Made by a program: the position numbers and the translations under genes
Assembly (NCBI RefSeq): GCF_035285525.1
Contig: NZ_JAYKGW010000102.1
Span: 1 to 24,277 of the forward strand
DNA: 24,277 nucleotides
From: Okeania sp.
GTDB lineage: Bacteria > Cyanobacteriota > Cyanobacteriia > Cyanobacteriales > Microcoleaceae
Direction: 5' to 3'
Notes under the pieces: generated by a model
What the model was told of the DNA's origin: nothing
The model's database searches: none
Seen by the model: only the letters and a program-made list of their open reading frames with translations
In this document: positions 1 to 9,853 of the stretch, in pieces
How the letters are laid out: each line of letters starts with the position of its first letter
Numbering within the stretch: position 1 is the stretch's first letter

Positions 1-2246
1 CCTCCTAACTTTTTCACCAAAGGAATATAGCGAATAAATTGAATAGAATCTCCCAAACCTTGTTCCGTATAAACTAATAAAGTTTGACCAGAAAAATCTG
101 AACCATCCCATACAGGTTGAGCAAAACTACGAGTTATATAATCTTCACGTTGGTAGCGCCATTCATATTCAGAAAATCCAGCTAAAAAGTCTCCTTGTTT
201 CAAAAGAATATATCCTCTAGCAAAGTGAGCATTAATATGATTAGGATTTAACTCAAGACATTTTTCATAAAGAACTTTTGCTTCTATTAAATCACCTTCT
301 TCTTTTACAATGTTACCCCAAGAATAATAAATCTCAGCATTATTTGGTTTAATCTCTAGAGATTTTTGAAACGAACTAATTGCTTCCCGAATATTGCCTT
401 GAATTTTAAATATTAGACCTAAATTATGCCAAGCAGAAGCACCATTTGGTTTCAGTTCAATTGCTCTTTGATTATGAACTATCGCCAAATCGAGTTTATT
501 TTGTTTTTTCAGAGCAATACCTAACCTTAAATGAGTTTTATAATTATCAGGGTTGAAGTTAATTGCTTTCTGATAATAAGCAATTTCTAAATCTATCTTC
601 CCTGTTTTTTTAGCACAGGAACCAAGTATCTCAAATGCAGTAGCACAATCCGGTTTATATTGAAGAATAAAGTGACATATTTGTTCTGCTTCCTGACAGT
701 TTTCCTCCTGATATTTTGCCAATGCTGTTGTTAGTAACTCCTGAGTTGTAAATGGTACTCCTGGTTTAATTATTGATGGATAATTTGTTTTCTGAAAAGT
801 CAATAATTTAGATGATAAAGCATCAACAACTTTCCGACAAACCCCTTGCCAATCATCAAATTTACTTTGCCGAAATAACCTCATTGTCGGATACCAAGGA
901 CTATCTTCCCTATCTGTCAACCAACGCCATTCGGAATCAAAATTTAACATTACCCAAACAGGTTTACCCAATGCTCCTGCTAAGTGAGCAATAACCGTAT
1001 CTATTGTTATTACTAAATCTAATTGTTTTATGACTCCTGCTGTATCAACTAAATCATTAAAATATGAACTTAAATTATGAATTTTAGTCTGAGATTTCAA
1101 CCATTCCAAATCTTGGGGAGAAACTTCTTTTTGTAAAATATAAAAGCTAGCATTATCTACATTAAAAATAGATTCTAAATTTTTTATAGGGCAAGAACGT
1201 CTTTTGCTAGTCTTGATTTTGCTATTTGTTTCCCAGGTTATCCCTATTTTGAAACTATTTGCACTTCCTGGTAGTTCAAATTTTTTTGATTCTGGTACAA
1301 ATAAATAAGGAACTTCAGCAGGTATAGTTTCTACAGTAGTACCAAAAATTTTAGGTAAACTCATCAATGAAATTTGCAAGTCACAATGTGGTAATTTTTC
1401 ACCTATAACAAATAATTCATCTATTTCGGAAACATTGGTAAATAATAACTTTAATCCAGCTTTATGACATCCAACAATTACCCGCCCACCTAACTTTTTC
1501 ACCAAAGAAATATAACGTATAAATTGAATAGAATCTCCTAAACCTTGTTCTGTATAAACTAATAAATTTTGACCAGAAAAATCTGAACCATCCCATACAA
1601 ATTTAGCAAAACTATAAATTACATAATTTTTACGTTGACACCGCCATTCATACTCATCAAAACCCTCAATAAAATTGCCCTCTTTAAGCAAAACAGAACC
1701 TAAACCAAAATGAGCATTGATATGATTTTTGTTTAATTTAATCGCCTTTCGATAATACTTTTGAGATTCAGAAAATTTTCCTATTTCTAAAAATATACTC
1801 CCTAAACTATTATATGCTTCAGCATAATTTGGTTTCAGTTCAAGAGATTTTTTATAATTCTCAATAGCTGCCTCAAATTTACCTTGATCTCGGCAAATAA
1901 GTCCTAAATTATGCCATGCCTCAACATAATTAGGACGCAATTTAATAGCAGTTTTCAAGTGACTAAATGCCACATCAATTTCCTCATTATCTTGAAGCGC
2001 AACAGCTAAATTATTATGAGTTTCTGCATAATTAGGATTAACTTTTAAAGACTTTTTATAATAAGCGATCGCCTCTTCTATTTCATCATTTTTATAAGCA
2101 CACAAACCCAAAAGTTCTAAAACTAAAAAATTATTAGGTTGTCTTTTTATAATCTGATGACAAATATTAATTGTTGCTTCTAAGTTTCCAGATTGGTATT
2201 TTTTTATAGCTTGTTTAATGTCACTATCATCAAATTTTCTATCCAT
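1..2246 (-). CDS. Partial CDS: TPR-repeat protein with tandem [TPR x ~5 + glycosyltransferase family 9 (heptosyltransferase-like)] modules; C-terminal part lies beyond the left edge
   Basis: Hand translation of the minus strand from ATG 2246..2244 stays open to position 1 (about 748 codons); with no stop in the window it is absent from the ORF track. N-terminus MDRKFDDSDIKQAIKKYQSGNLEA. TPR-like 34-aa periodicity (AIAYYKKSLKVNPNYAETHNNLAVAL, AIENYKKSLELKPNYAEAYNSLGSIF). Then YEWR..WDGSDFSGQNLLVYTEQGLGDSIQFIRYISLVKKLGG and DTVIAHLAGALGKPVWVML..WRWL..DSPWYPTMRLFRQ, which I recognise from TPR-fused GT9-like proteins. A second TPR+GT9 module starts near aa 496. Contains HIP1 at about 2066. Confidence 0.75.
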   Translation of the reverse strand, partial: MDRKFDDSDIKQAIKKYQSGNLEATINICHQIIKRQPNNFLVLELLGLCAYKNDEIEEAIAYYKKSLKVNPNYAETHNNLAVALQDNEEIDVAFSHLKTAIKLRPNYVEAWHNLGLICRDQGKFEAAIENYKKSLELKPNYAEAYNSLGSIFLEIGKFSESQKYYRKAIKLNKNHINAHFGLGSVLLKEGNFIEGFDEYEWRCQRKNYVIYSFAKFVWDGSDFSGQNLLVYTEQGLGDSIQFIRYISLVKKLGGRVIVGCHKAGLKLLFTNVSEIDELFVIGEKLPHCDLQISLMSLPKIFGTTVETIPAEVPYLFVPESKKFELPGSANSFKIGITWETNSKIKTSKRRSCPIKNLESIFNVDNASFYILQKEVSPQDLEWLKSQTKIHNLSSYFNDLVDTAGVIKQLDLVITIDTVIAHLAGALGKPVWVMLNFDSEWRWLTDREDSPWYPTMRLFRQSKFDDWQGVCRKVVDALSSKLLTFQKTNYPSIIKPGVPFTTQELLTTALAKYQEENCQEAEQICHFILQYKPDCATAFEILGSCAKKTGKIDLEIAYYQKAINFNPDNYKTHLRLGIALKKQNKLDLAIVHNQRAIELKPNGASAWHNLGLIFKIQGNIREAISSFQKSLEIKPNNAEIYYSWGNIVKEEGDLIEAKVLYEKCLELNPNHINAHFARGYILLKQGDFLAGFSEYEWRYQREDYITRSFAQPVWDGSDFSGQTLLVYTEQGLGDSIQFIRYIPLVKKLG

Positions 2247-2552
2247 AGTTTTTGACAAGGTAGGGAGTAGGGGAGTAGGGGAGTTGGAAAGTAATTTCTT
2301 TAGTTGGAGGGAGTTATAGAAGAGGTATAGCAACTAACAAGACGATTAGGAAATAGACCAATGATGAATCTTAGAGAGCAGAAACACTTGAACAACTATT
2401 AAGTGTTCCCTGCTATACTCAGAAAAATCAAGGGATAATTTTTCTGCCTTCTTGCCCAAATACTAATCAATTTTGAAGAAAGGGAAAAATTTATTGCTTT
2501 TAGGGAATAAAATAAGAGGAAAAAAGTATTTTTGCCAATGTCAGATGCACCC

Positions 2553-2591
2553 AAAAAAAAGCCACTTTCTGCTCAGAAAACAGAAAACGGC
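2553..2591 (-). terminator. Probable intrinsic terminator downstream of ssrA
   Basis: On the minus strand GCCGTTTTCTG (2591..2581) pairs with CAGAAAGTGGC (2571..2561), 9 of 11 positions, followed directly by T8 (2560..2553). Confidence 0.55.
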
Positions 2592-2611
2592 TTCAGGATG
2601 GTTATATTTAA

Positions 2612-3003
2612 TGGAGCATATGGGAGTCGAACCCATGTCCAAAATGGCTATTCACCCTTCACTCACTCACAGGTTTAGCTCTTTTTAACCCTCAGAGCTG
2701 GGACTATCCATTATCCCGGATAGCGGGATGCTCTAGTAAAGTCTTAACTAGCAGTTGACCAGAGGCAATTTGCTAGTGCATCCGTTGGGGTTAAGTCTGT
2801 AATCCTTAACGGAGTCAAATCACAGACGCTCGAACCTATTTGAGGTATTTTCGCAATTAAGCTACAGCTACTTGCTTACGAGCAAAAGGTACAATGTTGT
2901 TTGCACTTATTATTTTTTAAGCCCAGGATTTCCGAGAGAAGACTCACTCTCGACCTGCATCACAAAGTAGTTTTTACCACCCTGTCGAAACCGTTAATGC
3001 CCC
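2612..3003 (-). ncRNA. ssrA: tmRNA (SsrA), one-piece, 392 nt without the CCA
   Basis: Minus-strand 5' end GGGGCATTAACGGTTTCGACAGGG and 3' end GGACATGGGTTCGACTCCCATATGCTCCA. Acceptor stem GGGGCAT/ATGCTCC includes the G3:U wobble (alanine identity). Tag frame from resume codon GCA (2904..2902) to TAA (2859..2857) reads ANNIVPFARKQVAVA. CCA is not encoded. Confidence 0.92.
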
Positions 3004-3010
3004 GTTTAGG

Positions 3011-3094
3011 TAGTGGACTGTTTCATCTTCAACATTGCATTAAGAATTTTTAAGTTAAAAGCTAATGCACAGTCTTAAGTTAAACAATCCAGTA
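3011..3094. repeat. Imperfect palindromic repeat pair (TAGTGGAYTG...GTGCATTA family) just upstream of the tmRNA 5' end
   Basis: Left arm tagtggactgtttcatcttcaacattgcattaag (3011-3044); right arm reverse complement tactggattgtttaacttaagactgtgcattag (3094-3062). The ends match well and the middle poorly. Single copies at 6675-6707 (+) and 11378-11411 (-). Confidence 0.55.
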
Positions 3095-3178
3095 GTTATT
3101 TTTTATATCATACACAATTATTTTAATTATGACAAGTCAATTTAGAAGTCAAAATTCAAAATTCAAAAGTAGATGTAG

Positions 3179-3204
3179 GTTGGGTTGAGGAACCGAAACC
3201 CAAC
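3179..3204 (-). terminator. Hairpin downstream of the kinase gene; possible terminator or dispersed repeat
   Basis: GTTGGGTT (3179-3186) and AACCCAAC (3197-3204) form a perfect 8-bp stem with a 10-nt loop, 47 nt past the stop codon. The minus-strand T tract after it is weak. Confidence 0.3.
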
Positions 3205-3250
3205 ATTATTGGCTATACATAAAATAAAAAATAAAAACCAATTGTTTTTA

Positions 3251-5038
3251 TTAATGTAAATCTTCCTCCCAAACGCCTATATAAACACGATTCTCCTGAT
3301 TACGTTCAATTAGACCTTCCAAATTACCTGTTTTAAACTTGTAGCGACTAATTTTACCTTTTCTTACATCTTGCAGTCCTTGTTTAATATCTGAAGTAAT
3401 CTTTAAACTTAACATATTAGTAAAAGCTACTGTTACCACCCGGTCATCTATATTATCTGCTACAGACAACTCAGTTTGTCGTAAGCGAAGAGAATCTCTA
3501 TCATATATATAACCTAGAGTAATTTGATTAGGAAGTAAATCATAAATTACAGCCCTAGTATTAGGCCAATAACCATCCTCTTCAACCTTTGTCGGTTTTC
3601 CTAATAATTCTATTACCTTACTTTCTAATGTACCTGGAGGTAAACCACGGATCACTGGTAAACTATCCTCTAATTTGGAATTATCAATAGGGTCAGAAGG
3701 AATATTGTCTGGCAATACTAAATCTAAAACTTTTTTCGGCACTGAATCTTCAACTAAATCTTCAGGAGATGAGGTAGGTGTTGGAGACCTTACTTTTGAT
3801 CCATGAGGTTTTCCCTTCTCTTCAGGAGGAGAAATAGTCGGACTAGATTCGACTGTGACAGGAACAGAAGATGGGGTAGATTTTGGAGTCGGAGTCAAAG
3901 TTGGTTGTTGAGTATAGCTCGGTTGTGGAGATGAAGTAGGTTGACTTTCTCCTCTAGGTTTTGGAGTAGGAGTTTCAGCAATAATCTCTGATGGTTGTAC
4001 ACTAGGAGAAGATTGAATAGGTTTAACAATGGGAGAATTAGAAGCATCCTGAGAATTAAAAACTATTGCTGCTAAAGCTCCTGCCATTAAAGTAGCGATC
4101 GCTCCAAGTATTCCCCACATTAAAATATTTGCAGGTCTTTGCGTCCGAGGAAGATTTACATGAACAGTTGTTCCATTTTCCAAATTCTGAGATGAATGGT
4201 TAGGTACGACTCGTATAGTTGAACTATTTGTGGGAAAATCTGATAAAAGTTTTAACCATTCATCCACCGTTTGAGGTCGATGCTGAATATCTAAAACCAT
4301 ACCCTTAACCACCGCTTGATTAACAACAACACTCAGTTGAGGTCGTAACTCACGAGGACTAGGAATTTCCTGTTGTACTCTCTGAGGTGCTGGTGCTGGA
4401 ACCTTTCCAGTTAATAATGTATAGAAAGTAGCAGCTAAACCATATACATCTGTTGCTGCTGTCCCTTTTCCCTGAGGTAAATACTGTTCTAGTGGAGCAT
4501 AACCATCTGACACCAAATTAGTGTGAACCTGAGTTCTACCTGCAATAAACTCTCGCGCAATACCAAAATCAATTAAAATAACTTCCTCAGTATTTTGACG
4601 CAAGATAATATTTTGGGGTTTAATATCTCGGTGAAGTAGATTATTTTGGTTGACCACGATCAGAGCATTTCCCACTTGACGAATATAATGTACAGCGATC
4701 GCTTCTGATAGAGGTTGGCCTCCAAATACTACTTCTGCCAAATTCTGACCAGGAATATAGTCCATTACCATATAGGGTTGACCATTTTCCACAAAAAAAT
4801 CACTTACTCGGACAATGTTAGGATGGACACATAAAGCCAGTCTTTTGGCCTCCTCCTGAAATTTATATTGAAATTCGGCAAAATTAGGGTGTTGAGTTAA
4901 AGACTCATTGAGAGTTTTAATTACTACAGGTTGTTTCAAATAATTATGAGTAGCTTTGATTGTAATGCCAAAACCACCCCTTCCTAGTTCTTTTTCTAAA
5001 GTATATTTGCCCCCTTGCAGGTTTCCTAATATTTTCAT
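3251..5038 (-). CDS. Hanks-type serine/threonine protein kinase, single-pass membrane protein with Pro/Ser/Thr-rich linker and C-terminal extracytoplasmic domain
   Basis: 595-aa ORF. Motifs: GRGGFG P-loop, [15 protein letters not shown] catalytic loop, [16 protein letters not shown] segment [25 protein letters not shown], then a PST-rich low-complexity stretch. Confidence 0.92.
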   Translation of the reverse strand: MKILGNLQGGKYTLEKELGRGGFGITIKATHNYLKQPVVIKTLNESLTQHPNFAEFQYKFQEEAKRLALCVHPNIVRVSDFFVENGQPYMVMDYIPGQNLAEVVFGGQPLSEAIAVHYIRQVGNALIVVNQNNLLHRDIKPQNIILRQNTEEVILIDFGIAREFIAGRTQVHTNLVSDGYAPLEQYLPQGKGTAATDVYGLAATFYTLLTGKVPAPAPQRVQQEIPSPRELRPQLSVVVNQAVVKGMVLDIQHRPQTVDEWLKLLSDFPTNSSTIRVVPNHSSQNLENGTTVHVNLPRTQRPANILMWGILGAIATLMAGALAAIVFNSQDASNSPIVKPIQSSPSVQPSEIIAETPTPKPRGESQPTSSPQPSYTQQPTLTPTPKSTPSSVPVTVESSPTISPPEEKGKPHGSKVRSPTPTSSPEDLVEDSVPKKVLDLVLPDNIPSDPIDNSKLEDSLPVIRGLPPGTLESKVIELLGKPTKVEEDGYWPNTRAVIYDLLPNQITLGYIYDRDSLRLRQTELSVADNIDDRVVTVAFTNMLSLKITSDIKQGLQDVRKGKISRYKFKTGNLEGLIERNQENRVYIGVWEEDLH

Positions 5039-5165
5039 TTTTATTCTTATTTAATAAGTCAGTTCTTGTTCAGAATTTTAGCTATAAAATATAGATAGAC
5101 TAAATTGCATCTTAACTTCTACTACTTGTTAATATGCTTCAATTACGAACTAATTGAAGTTGGAT

Positions 5166-5230
5166 GAAAAAGCTGATAACTGATAATTGATCACTGAAAA
5201 AGTTGATAACTGAAAAAGTTGATAACTGAA
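5166..5230 (+). repeat. Tandem 16-mer / heptamer-type repeat forming the 5' leader of the next gene
   Basis: gaaaaagttgataact is exactly repeated at 5196-5211 and 5212-5227, with diverged copies at 5166-5181 (gaaaaagctgataact) and 5182-5195. The array runs straight into ctgaaATG at 5231. Confidence 0.85.
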
Positions 5231-6595
5231 ATGACCTTAAAAATACTTTGCCTAAGTAATGGTCACGGAGAAGATGGGGTCGCAGTTCAAATTTTCCAAG
5301 AACTAGAAAAATATCCTCTTCCTCCTAGTCTGGCTGCTTTACCAATAGTAGGAGAAGGACAAGCTTATAGTAAAATAAACAACCTTTCAATTATTGGTCC
5401 CCGACAAAGAATGCCTTCTGGTGGTTTTATATATATGGATAGGAAACAGTTATGGCGAGATGTAAAAGGTGGTTTATTAAGAGTTACCTTTGCTCAATTA
5501 AAAGCATTAAGACATTGGATAACTTCTGAAATTAAGTCAGGTCATCAAGTAGTTATTTTGGTAGTTGGAGATATTGTACCTTTATTATTTGCTTGGTTAA
5601 CTAGAGTACCTTACGTTTTTTTAGGAACTGCTAAATCAGAATATTTTATCCGAGATGAAACTGAGAAACTTCCTCCTAGATCTTGGTTGGAAAGTTTCCT
5701 ACTTTGGTCAGGCTCCGTTTACTTTCCTTGGGAACGTTGGTTAATGACTAGGGAGAAATGTAAAGCGGTACTTGTTAGAGATAAGTTAACAGAAGAAATA
5801 TTAAGAAAAAAGTCTATTAAAGCTTATTATGTAGGAAATCCAATGATGGATGCTGTAAATTTGGATAAGGATCTACGGTCAATGTATTATTCTGATAATA
5901 AGATATTGGGCATAGATAATCAAATAACAATTACTTTATTACCTGGGTCTCGTTCTCCAGAAGCTTATGCAAATTGGGATATTATTATTCAAGCAATTTT
6001 AGGGTTACTAGAAACTTTCCCAGAAAAAAAATTTTTGTTCCTAGCAGCGATCGCTCCTAATTTAGATTTAGAACCTTTTAGTACATTGCTGAAATCTTAT
6101 AATTGGCATCCTGAACGAGAAATTAAAACTCAGACTCAAAATAGTGTTTTACAAATACCAAGTGATAATTCTCAATTAACTTATTTTTCTGGAGAACGCA
6201 GTATTCATTTTCCCCTAAAATTGATTTCTCCCAATAGAAATGCCAGTGTGATTTTAAATCAACAAGCTTTTGTCGAATTTGTACATCGAGGCAGTTTCGC
6301 TATTACTATGGCAGGTACTGCTACAGAACAATTTGTTGGTTTAGGGAAACCAGCGATCACTATTCCTGGTAATGGTCCTCAGTTTACATCTGCTTTTGCA
6401 GAAACTCAAAGTCGTCTTTTAGGAGTTTCTCTAATTCTGGTTAAACATCCTCAAGAGGTTCCTGGTGTGGTTAAATCTTTATTGTCTGATTCAGATAAAA
6501 GACGATTAATTGCTAAAAATGGTTTCCGGAGGATGGGAAAGCCAGGTGGTTCTGAAAGAATTGCTAATTTTTTAATGGATTTGAATTGGATGTAG
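5231..6595 (+). CDS. Lipid-A-disaccharide synthase-related (LpxB-like) glycosyltransferase family protein
   Basis: The ORF track starts at TTG 5219; the first ATG is 5231 (MTLKILCLSNGHGEDGVAVQI). The N-terminal LSNGHGED motif and C-terminal GTATEQ..GLGKP pattern match my memory of the cyanobacterial LpxB-related family. The product call is from memory only. Confidence 0.6.
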   Translation: MTLKILCLSNGHGEDGVAVQIFQELEKYPLPPSLAALPIVGEGQAYSKINNLSIIGPRQRMPSGGFIYMDRKQLWRDVKGGLLRVTFAQLKALRHWITSEIKSGHQVVILVVGDIVPLLFAWLTRVPYVFLGTAKSEYFIRDETEKLPPRSWLESFLLWSGSVYFPWERWLMTREKCKAVLVRDKLTEEILRKKSIKAYYVGNPMMDAVNLDKDLRSMYYSDNKILGIDNQITITLLPGSRSPEAYANWDIIIQAILGLLETFPEKKFLFLAAIAPNLDLEPFSTLLKSYNWHPEREIKTQTQNSVLQIPSDNSQLTYFSGERSIHFPLKLISPNRNASVILNQQAFVEFVHRGSFAITMAGTATEQFVGLGKPAITIPGNGPQFTSAFAETQSRLLGVSLILVKHPQEVPGVVKSLLSDSDKRRLIAKNGFRRMGKPGGSERIANFLMDLNWM

Positions 6596-6707
6596 AATAG
6601 ATTTTGGTAAAAAAGAGGAAGTAGGGAGTAGGGATAAATAATTGATTTAATTTTTGATTTTTTCTAGCTAATAGTAGTGGATTGTTTCACCTAAAATAGT
6701 GCATTAG

Positions 6708-6769
6708 TAGGGGCGGGTTCGATCAGAAATTTTCATGCTTACTCTAAGATTTACATAAGCCCGCCCCTA
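6708..6769. terminator. GC-rich inverted repeat between convergent genes; possible bidirectional terminator or dispersed repeat
   Basis: TAGGGGCGGG (6708-6717) and CCCGCCCCTA (6760-6769) are a perfect 10-bp inverted repeat around a 42-nt loop, between the stops at 6595 (+) and 6887 (-). Confidence 0.4.
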
Positions 6770-6886
6770 AGACCTATGCTTTACCCACATACATATTTAT
6801 TAACATAAAACTTGACAAAATTGACAAGTTCTGGTGACAAATACTTTTTCAGCAAACCATATATATATAGTTTTCATTATTAATCA

Positions 6887-8575
6887 TCAATTATTCAACT
6901 GATTTATTTTCTCAATTGCTTGCTGATGATCTGGTTTCATTTGTAAAACAATTTTGTAAGAACTAAGAGCTTCTTCAACAGAGTCTAATATCTCTAAAAT
7001 TAAGCCTCGTTGAAACCAAGCTTGATAATTACTAGGTCTCAAAGAAACTACTTGGTCATAAGCAGCGATCGCCTCTTCATACCTTTCTAACTTTTCCAAC
7101 ATTAAAGCTAATTTCGACCAAGCTTGATAATTACTCGGCCAAATCTTAATAGCTCGATTATAACTAACAACAGCCTCTGCAAAATTTGCCATTTTTTCTA
7201 AATTTAATCCTCGGTTTAACCAAGCATCAAAATTATTAGGCTGCTTTTCAACTACCAAATCATAAGTTGCTATTGCCTCAGTATATCGCTCTAACTTTTC
7301 TAAAGCTGCACCTCTTTGTAAACCAACTTTAGCAACAGAAATTCTCTGTTCAACACTCATTTCAATTACTTTGTCATAAGCTGCTAATGCTTGGTCATAT
7401 TTATTTAGTTTTTCTAATGTTTCACCTCGACAATTCCAAGCTTCTAAAAAATATGGTTCAATATTAATAGCATTTCCATAAGCAATAAGAGCTTCATTGT
7501 ATTTACCCATTCCCACAAATGCTTTACCTCTTCCTAACCAAGCTTCCGGATAATTAAAATTAATTGTAATTGCCTGATTGAAAGATTCTAATGCCTCATT
7601 ATACTTAAATAAATCTAATAAAATCTCACCACGGCTAATCCAAATTTCTGGTAAATTAGGATTAAAATTAATTGCCTTATCAAAACAAGCAACTCCTCCT
7701 TCTTTCCAATGATGCCTTAAAGCTAATCCTTTATAATACCAAGCCTCATCATCATCACAATTTAATTTAATTGCTTTATTAAAAGAAGAGACGGCATCGT
7801 GATATTTGTGTAATTTACTTTGAGCAATACCTAAATTAAACCAAGCTAAATAATTTTCTGGTTGTAATTCTATTGCATGGTCATAACTAATAACTGCTTC
7901 TGCATAACGTTGAGTCTCAACTAAAGCTAATCCCCTATCAAACCAAATCTGATAATTATCAGGTTGTAATTTCACTGCACAATCATAAGCAGCTAATGCT
8001 TCAGCATATTTTTTTAATATTAATAAAACTTGCCCTTGAGCATACCAAACTTCTCCCTTCATCGGTTGAATTTTTAAAGCATTTTTATAGCAATTAATAG
8101 CAGGCAAATACTGTTTTAATTCAGTTAAAACAATTCCTTTATTAAACCATAACTCATAATTATTGGGATTAATTTTAATTCCTTTATCAAAGCAAGCGAT
8201 CGCTTCTTCATACTGCTTTAATTTAGATAATACAGCTCCATAACAATTCCAAACTTGATGAGAATTTTCTCTAAGAGATAATGATATTTTATAAGCTTTT
8301 ACTGCTTGCTCATAATCCTGTAGTTGATATAAAGCATCAGCTAGTTTCAACCAACCTATTGCCCAGTCTGGCTTAATTTCTACTGCTTTTTTATAATAAT
8401 AAATAGCTGATTCGTATCTACCCATATTATAAAGTCTGTTGCCACGGTCATATTCTGGGAATGCAGAAAAGATACTAAAAATTCCTTTAGATGAAGAAAG
8501 AGTTTTAGTATTTATACTATCTAATGTAGTTAAAAATTCTAATTTTGGGGATGATTGAGAATTAGGTTTAATCAT
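6887..8575 (-). CDS. Tetratricopeptide repeat (TPR) protein
   Basis: Continuous 34-aa TPR periodicity through most of the ORF (AIxxYxKAIxIxPxxxxAW motifs). The ORF track starts at TTG 8593; the first ATG is 8575 (MIKPNSQSSPK). Confidence 0.85.
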   Translation of the reverse strand: MIKPNSQSSPKLEFLTTLDSINTKTLSSSKGIFSIFSAFPEYDRGNRLYNMGRYESAIYYYKKAVEIKPDWAIGWLKLADALYQLQDYEQAVKAYKISLSLRENSHQVWNCYGAVLSKLKQYEEAIACFDKGIKINPNNYELWFNKGIVLTELKQYLPAINCYKNALKIQPMKGEVWYAQGQVLLILKKYAEALAAYDCAVKLQPDNYQIWFDRGLALVETQRYAEAVISYDHAIELQPENYLAWFNLGIAQSKLHKYHDAVSSFNKAIKLNCDDDEAWYYKGLALRHHWKEGGVACFDKAINFNPNLPEIWISRGEILLDLFKYNEALESFNQAITINFNYPEAWLGRGKAFVGMGKYNEALIAYGNAINIEPYFLEAWNCRGETLEKLNKYDQALAAYDKVIEMSVEQRISVAKVGLQRGAALEKLERYTEAIATYDLVVEKQPNNFDAWLNRGLNLEKMANFAEAVVSYNRAIKIWPSNYQAWSKLALMLEKLERYEEAIAAYDQVVSLRPSNYQAWFQRGLILEILDSVEEALSSYKIVLQMKPDHQQAIEKINQLNN

Positions 8576-8581
8576 AAATAA

Positions 8582-8609
8582 AGCAATCAGCAATCAGCAA
8601 TCAGCAATT
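8582..8609. repeat. STRR-like heptamer array AGCAATC x 3 plus a variant
   Basis: agcaatc agcaatc agcaatc agcaatt read directly; it begins 7 nt upstream of the TPR gene ATG (minus strand). Confidence 0.9.
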
Positions 8610-9214
8610 AGTTTTTTGGGTCTAGTAGGGTGTGTTTTTGCACTCCCCAAAGCTCCGCTTTTTATGAAGCATTCCCGATATGAAAAAGCGCATTTCTTCA
8701 CAGACCAATACTCTATATCATAGTGCCTTTGCATAAGTTATCATTTATATAATCTACTTGCTCTATGTCACAGCATTAGTCATCATATATCATGAAAATA
8801 TACTTTTATCAATATTATTGACTTTAGTAAAACTTATTTAATTTATTCAATCCATTTATAGTTGTGAAGAGTCAAGAGGCGACAATTAGCTTTATTGGTG
8901 TAACAATCAAATAGGTGAACAAAATCGGTTAGGTATGTGTCCACTTTCTAAGCTAAGAGCTGATCAACAAGAGAACTTAATTCCTAGTCAAATGTTTGAT
9001 ATAGTTAAGAGTTTTTAAAGCCAGGATTTCCTGAGAACCCCCACTATAGAGTGCTGGGGTGATATTTTACTGGAAATTGAAAAGTCAAAATCAAAAAAAT
9101 TATTCTTGGCTTGTGAATTTTGTGAAGTAATTAAGAACTGCTACTCAAATATTCTTGTATTTCCGGTAATGCCCAAAAATCAACTGTAGAAATCAAGAGA
9201 AAGTCTTTAAAACC

Positions 9215-9568
9215 ATGCACTATCTTGCAAAAGCAACAGGGATGATGAGACTCCAAAACACTAACATTCTAAATGCTATGATTGCTCGTATGTATACTAC
9301 AATGCCTAAATTTCAGCCATTAAGCTTTTTGAGACAATGGCTAGACCGCATAGAAGTAAATAGTCCTGAATTAGCAAGATTTCTATGCAAATTAATTCCG
9401 AGTCAGTGCCCCTTTGAGCGTGATATTATTTTTTTTGGTCATATCTTATTTCACATTCCCCCTATGTGCAAACTTAACCCTCTTTACAATGAACTAATTA
9501 ATTTGAGGTTTAGAGCTTTGTGTTATTTGGCAGATGTTTGTGGAGAAGATATTACTTCATACTGCTAA
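9215..9568 (+). CDS. Mo-dependent nitrogenase C-terminal domain family small protein (start uncertain)
   Basis: LRQWLDRIEVNSPELARFLCKLIPSQCPFERDIIFFGHILFHIPPMCKLNPLYNELINLRFRALCYLADVCGEDI matches my memory of this small cyanobacterial family. Internal ATGs (for example 9302, MPKFQPLSF) could be the true start. Confidence 0.55.
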   Translation: MHYLAKATGMMRLQNTNILNAMIARMYTTMPKFQPLSFLRQWLDRIEVNSPELARFLCKLIPSQCPFERDIIFFGHILFHIPPMCKLNPLYNELINLRFRALCYLADVCGEDITSYC

Positions 9569-9684
9569 TCTGACCAAAAGTTGTATTTAATATTTTTACC
9601 CCGTTTCATCTTAATAACAGCAGAAGGCAAGTTTCATCTTTGTCTGAAAAGCTTTCTCACTCAGTTTAAGATTAAATGATTAAA

Positions 9685-9848
9685 TAGGGTTGGCTGAAAA
9701 AGTCTGCTAGTGAAGCCAGGAAATAGGGGACAAAGTCAATACTTTACTATTTTGAGACAAAAATAGCCAAAAACTAGGTATTTTTTTGGGCACAAAAAGG
9801 CTAAAACCCTTATATCTAAATGCTTTTATATTTAATCAGCAAGCCCTA
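9685..9848. mobile_element. MITE-like element with TAGGGYTGGCTGA-type terminal inverted repeats
   Basis: Left end tagggttggctga (9685-9697); reverse complement of the right end tagggcttgctga (9848-9836), 11 of 13 identical. Same termini as the elements at 18192-18563 and 18570-18830. Confidence 0.6.
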
Positions 9849-9853
9849 AATAA

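Noticed and set aside
812-994. 60-aa plus-strand track ORF
   Set aside because: It lies antisense inside the long minus-strand TPR-GT9 reading frame, has no recognisable motifs, and has the low-complexity composition expected of an antisense frame.
2473-2688. 71-aa plus-strand track ORF
   Set aside because: It overlaps the ssrA terminator and the tmRNA 3' domain on the opposite strand. The tmRNA assignment explains the sequence.
6711-6724. tRNA T-arm-like string gggcgggttcgatc
   Set aside because: No acceptor, D or anticodon arms can be built around it. It is the left arm of the GGGGCGGG/CCCGCCCC inverted repeat.
9012-9060. Fragment resembling the tmRNA PK1 region (tttttaaagccaggatttcctgaga versus ttttttaagcccaggatttccgagaga at 2914-2939), next to a short CCCCA/TGGGG hairpin
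   Set aside because: Only about 25 nt match, in AT-rich sequence. No tRNA-like domain or tag frame is nearby. It is most likely chance or a shared short repeat rather than a second ssrA or pseudogene.
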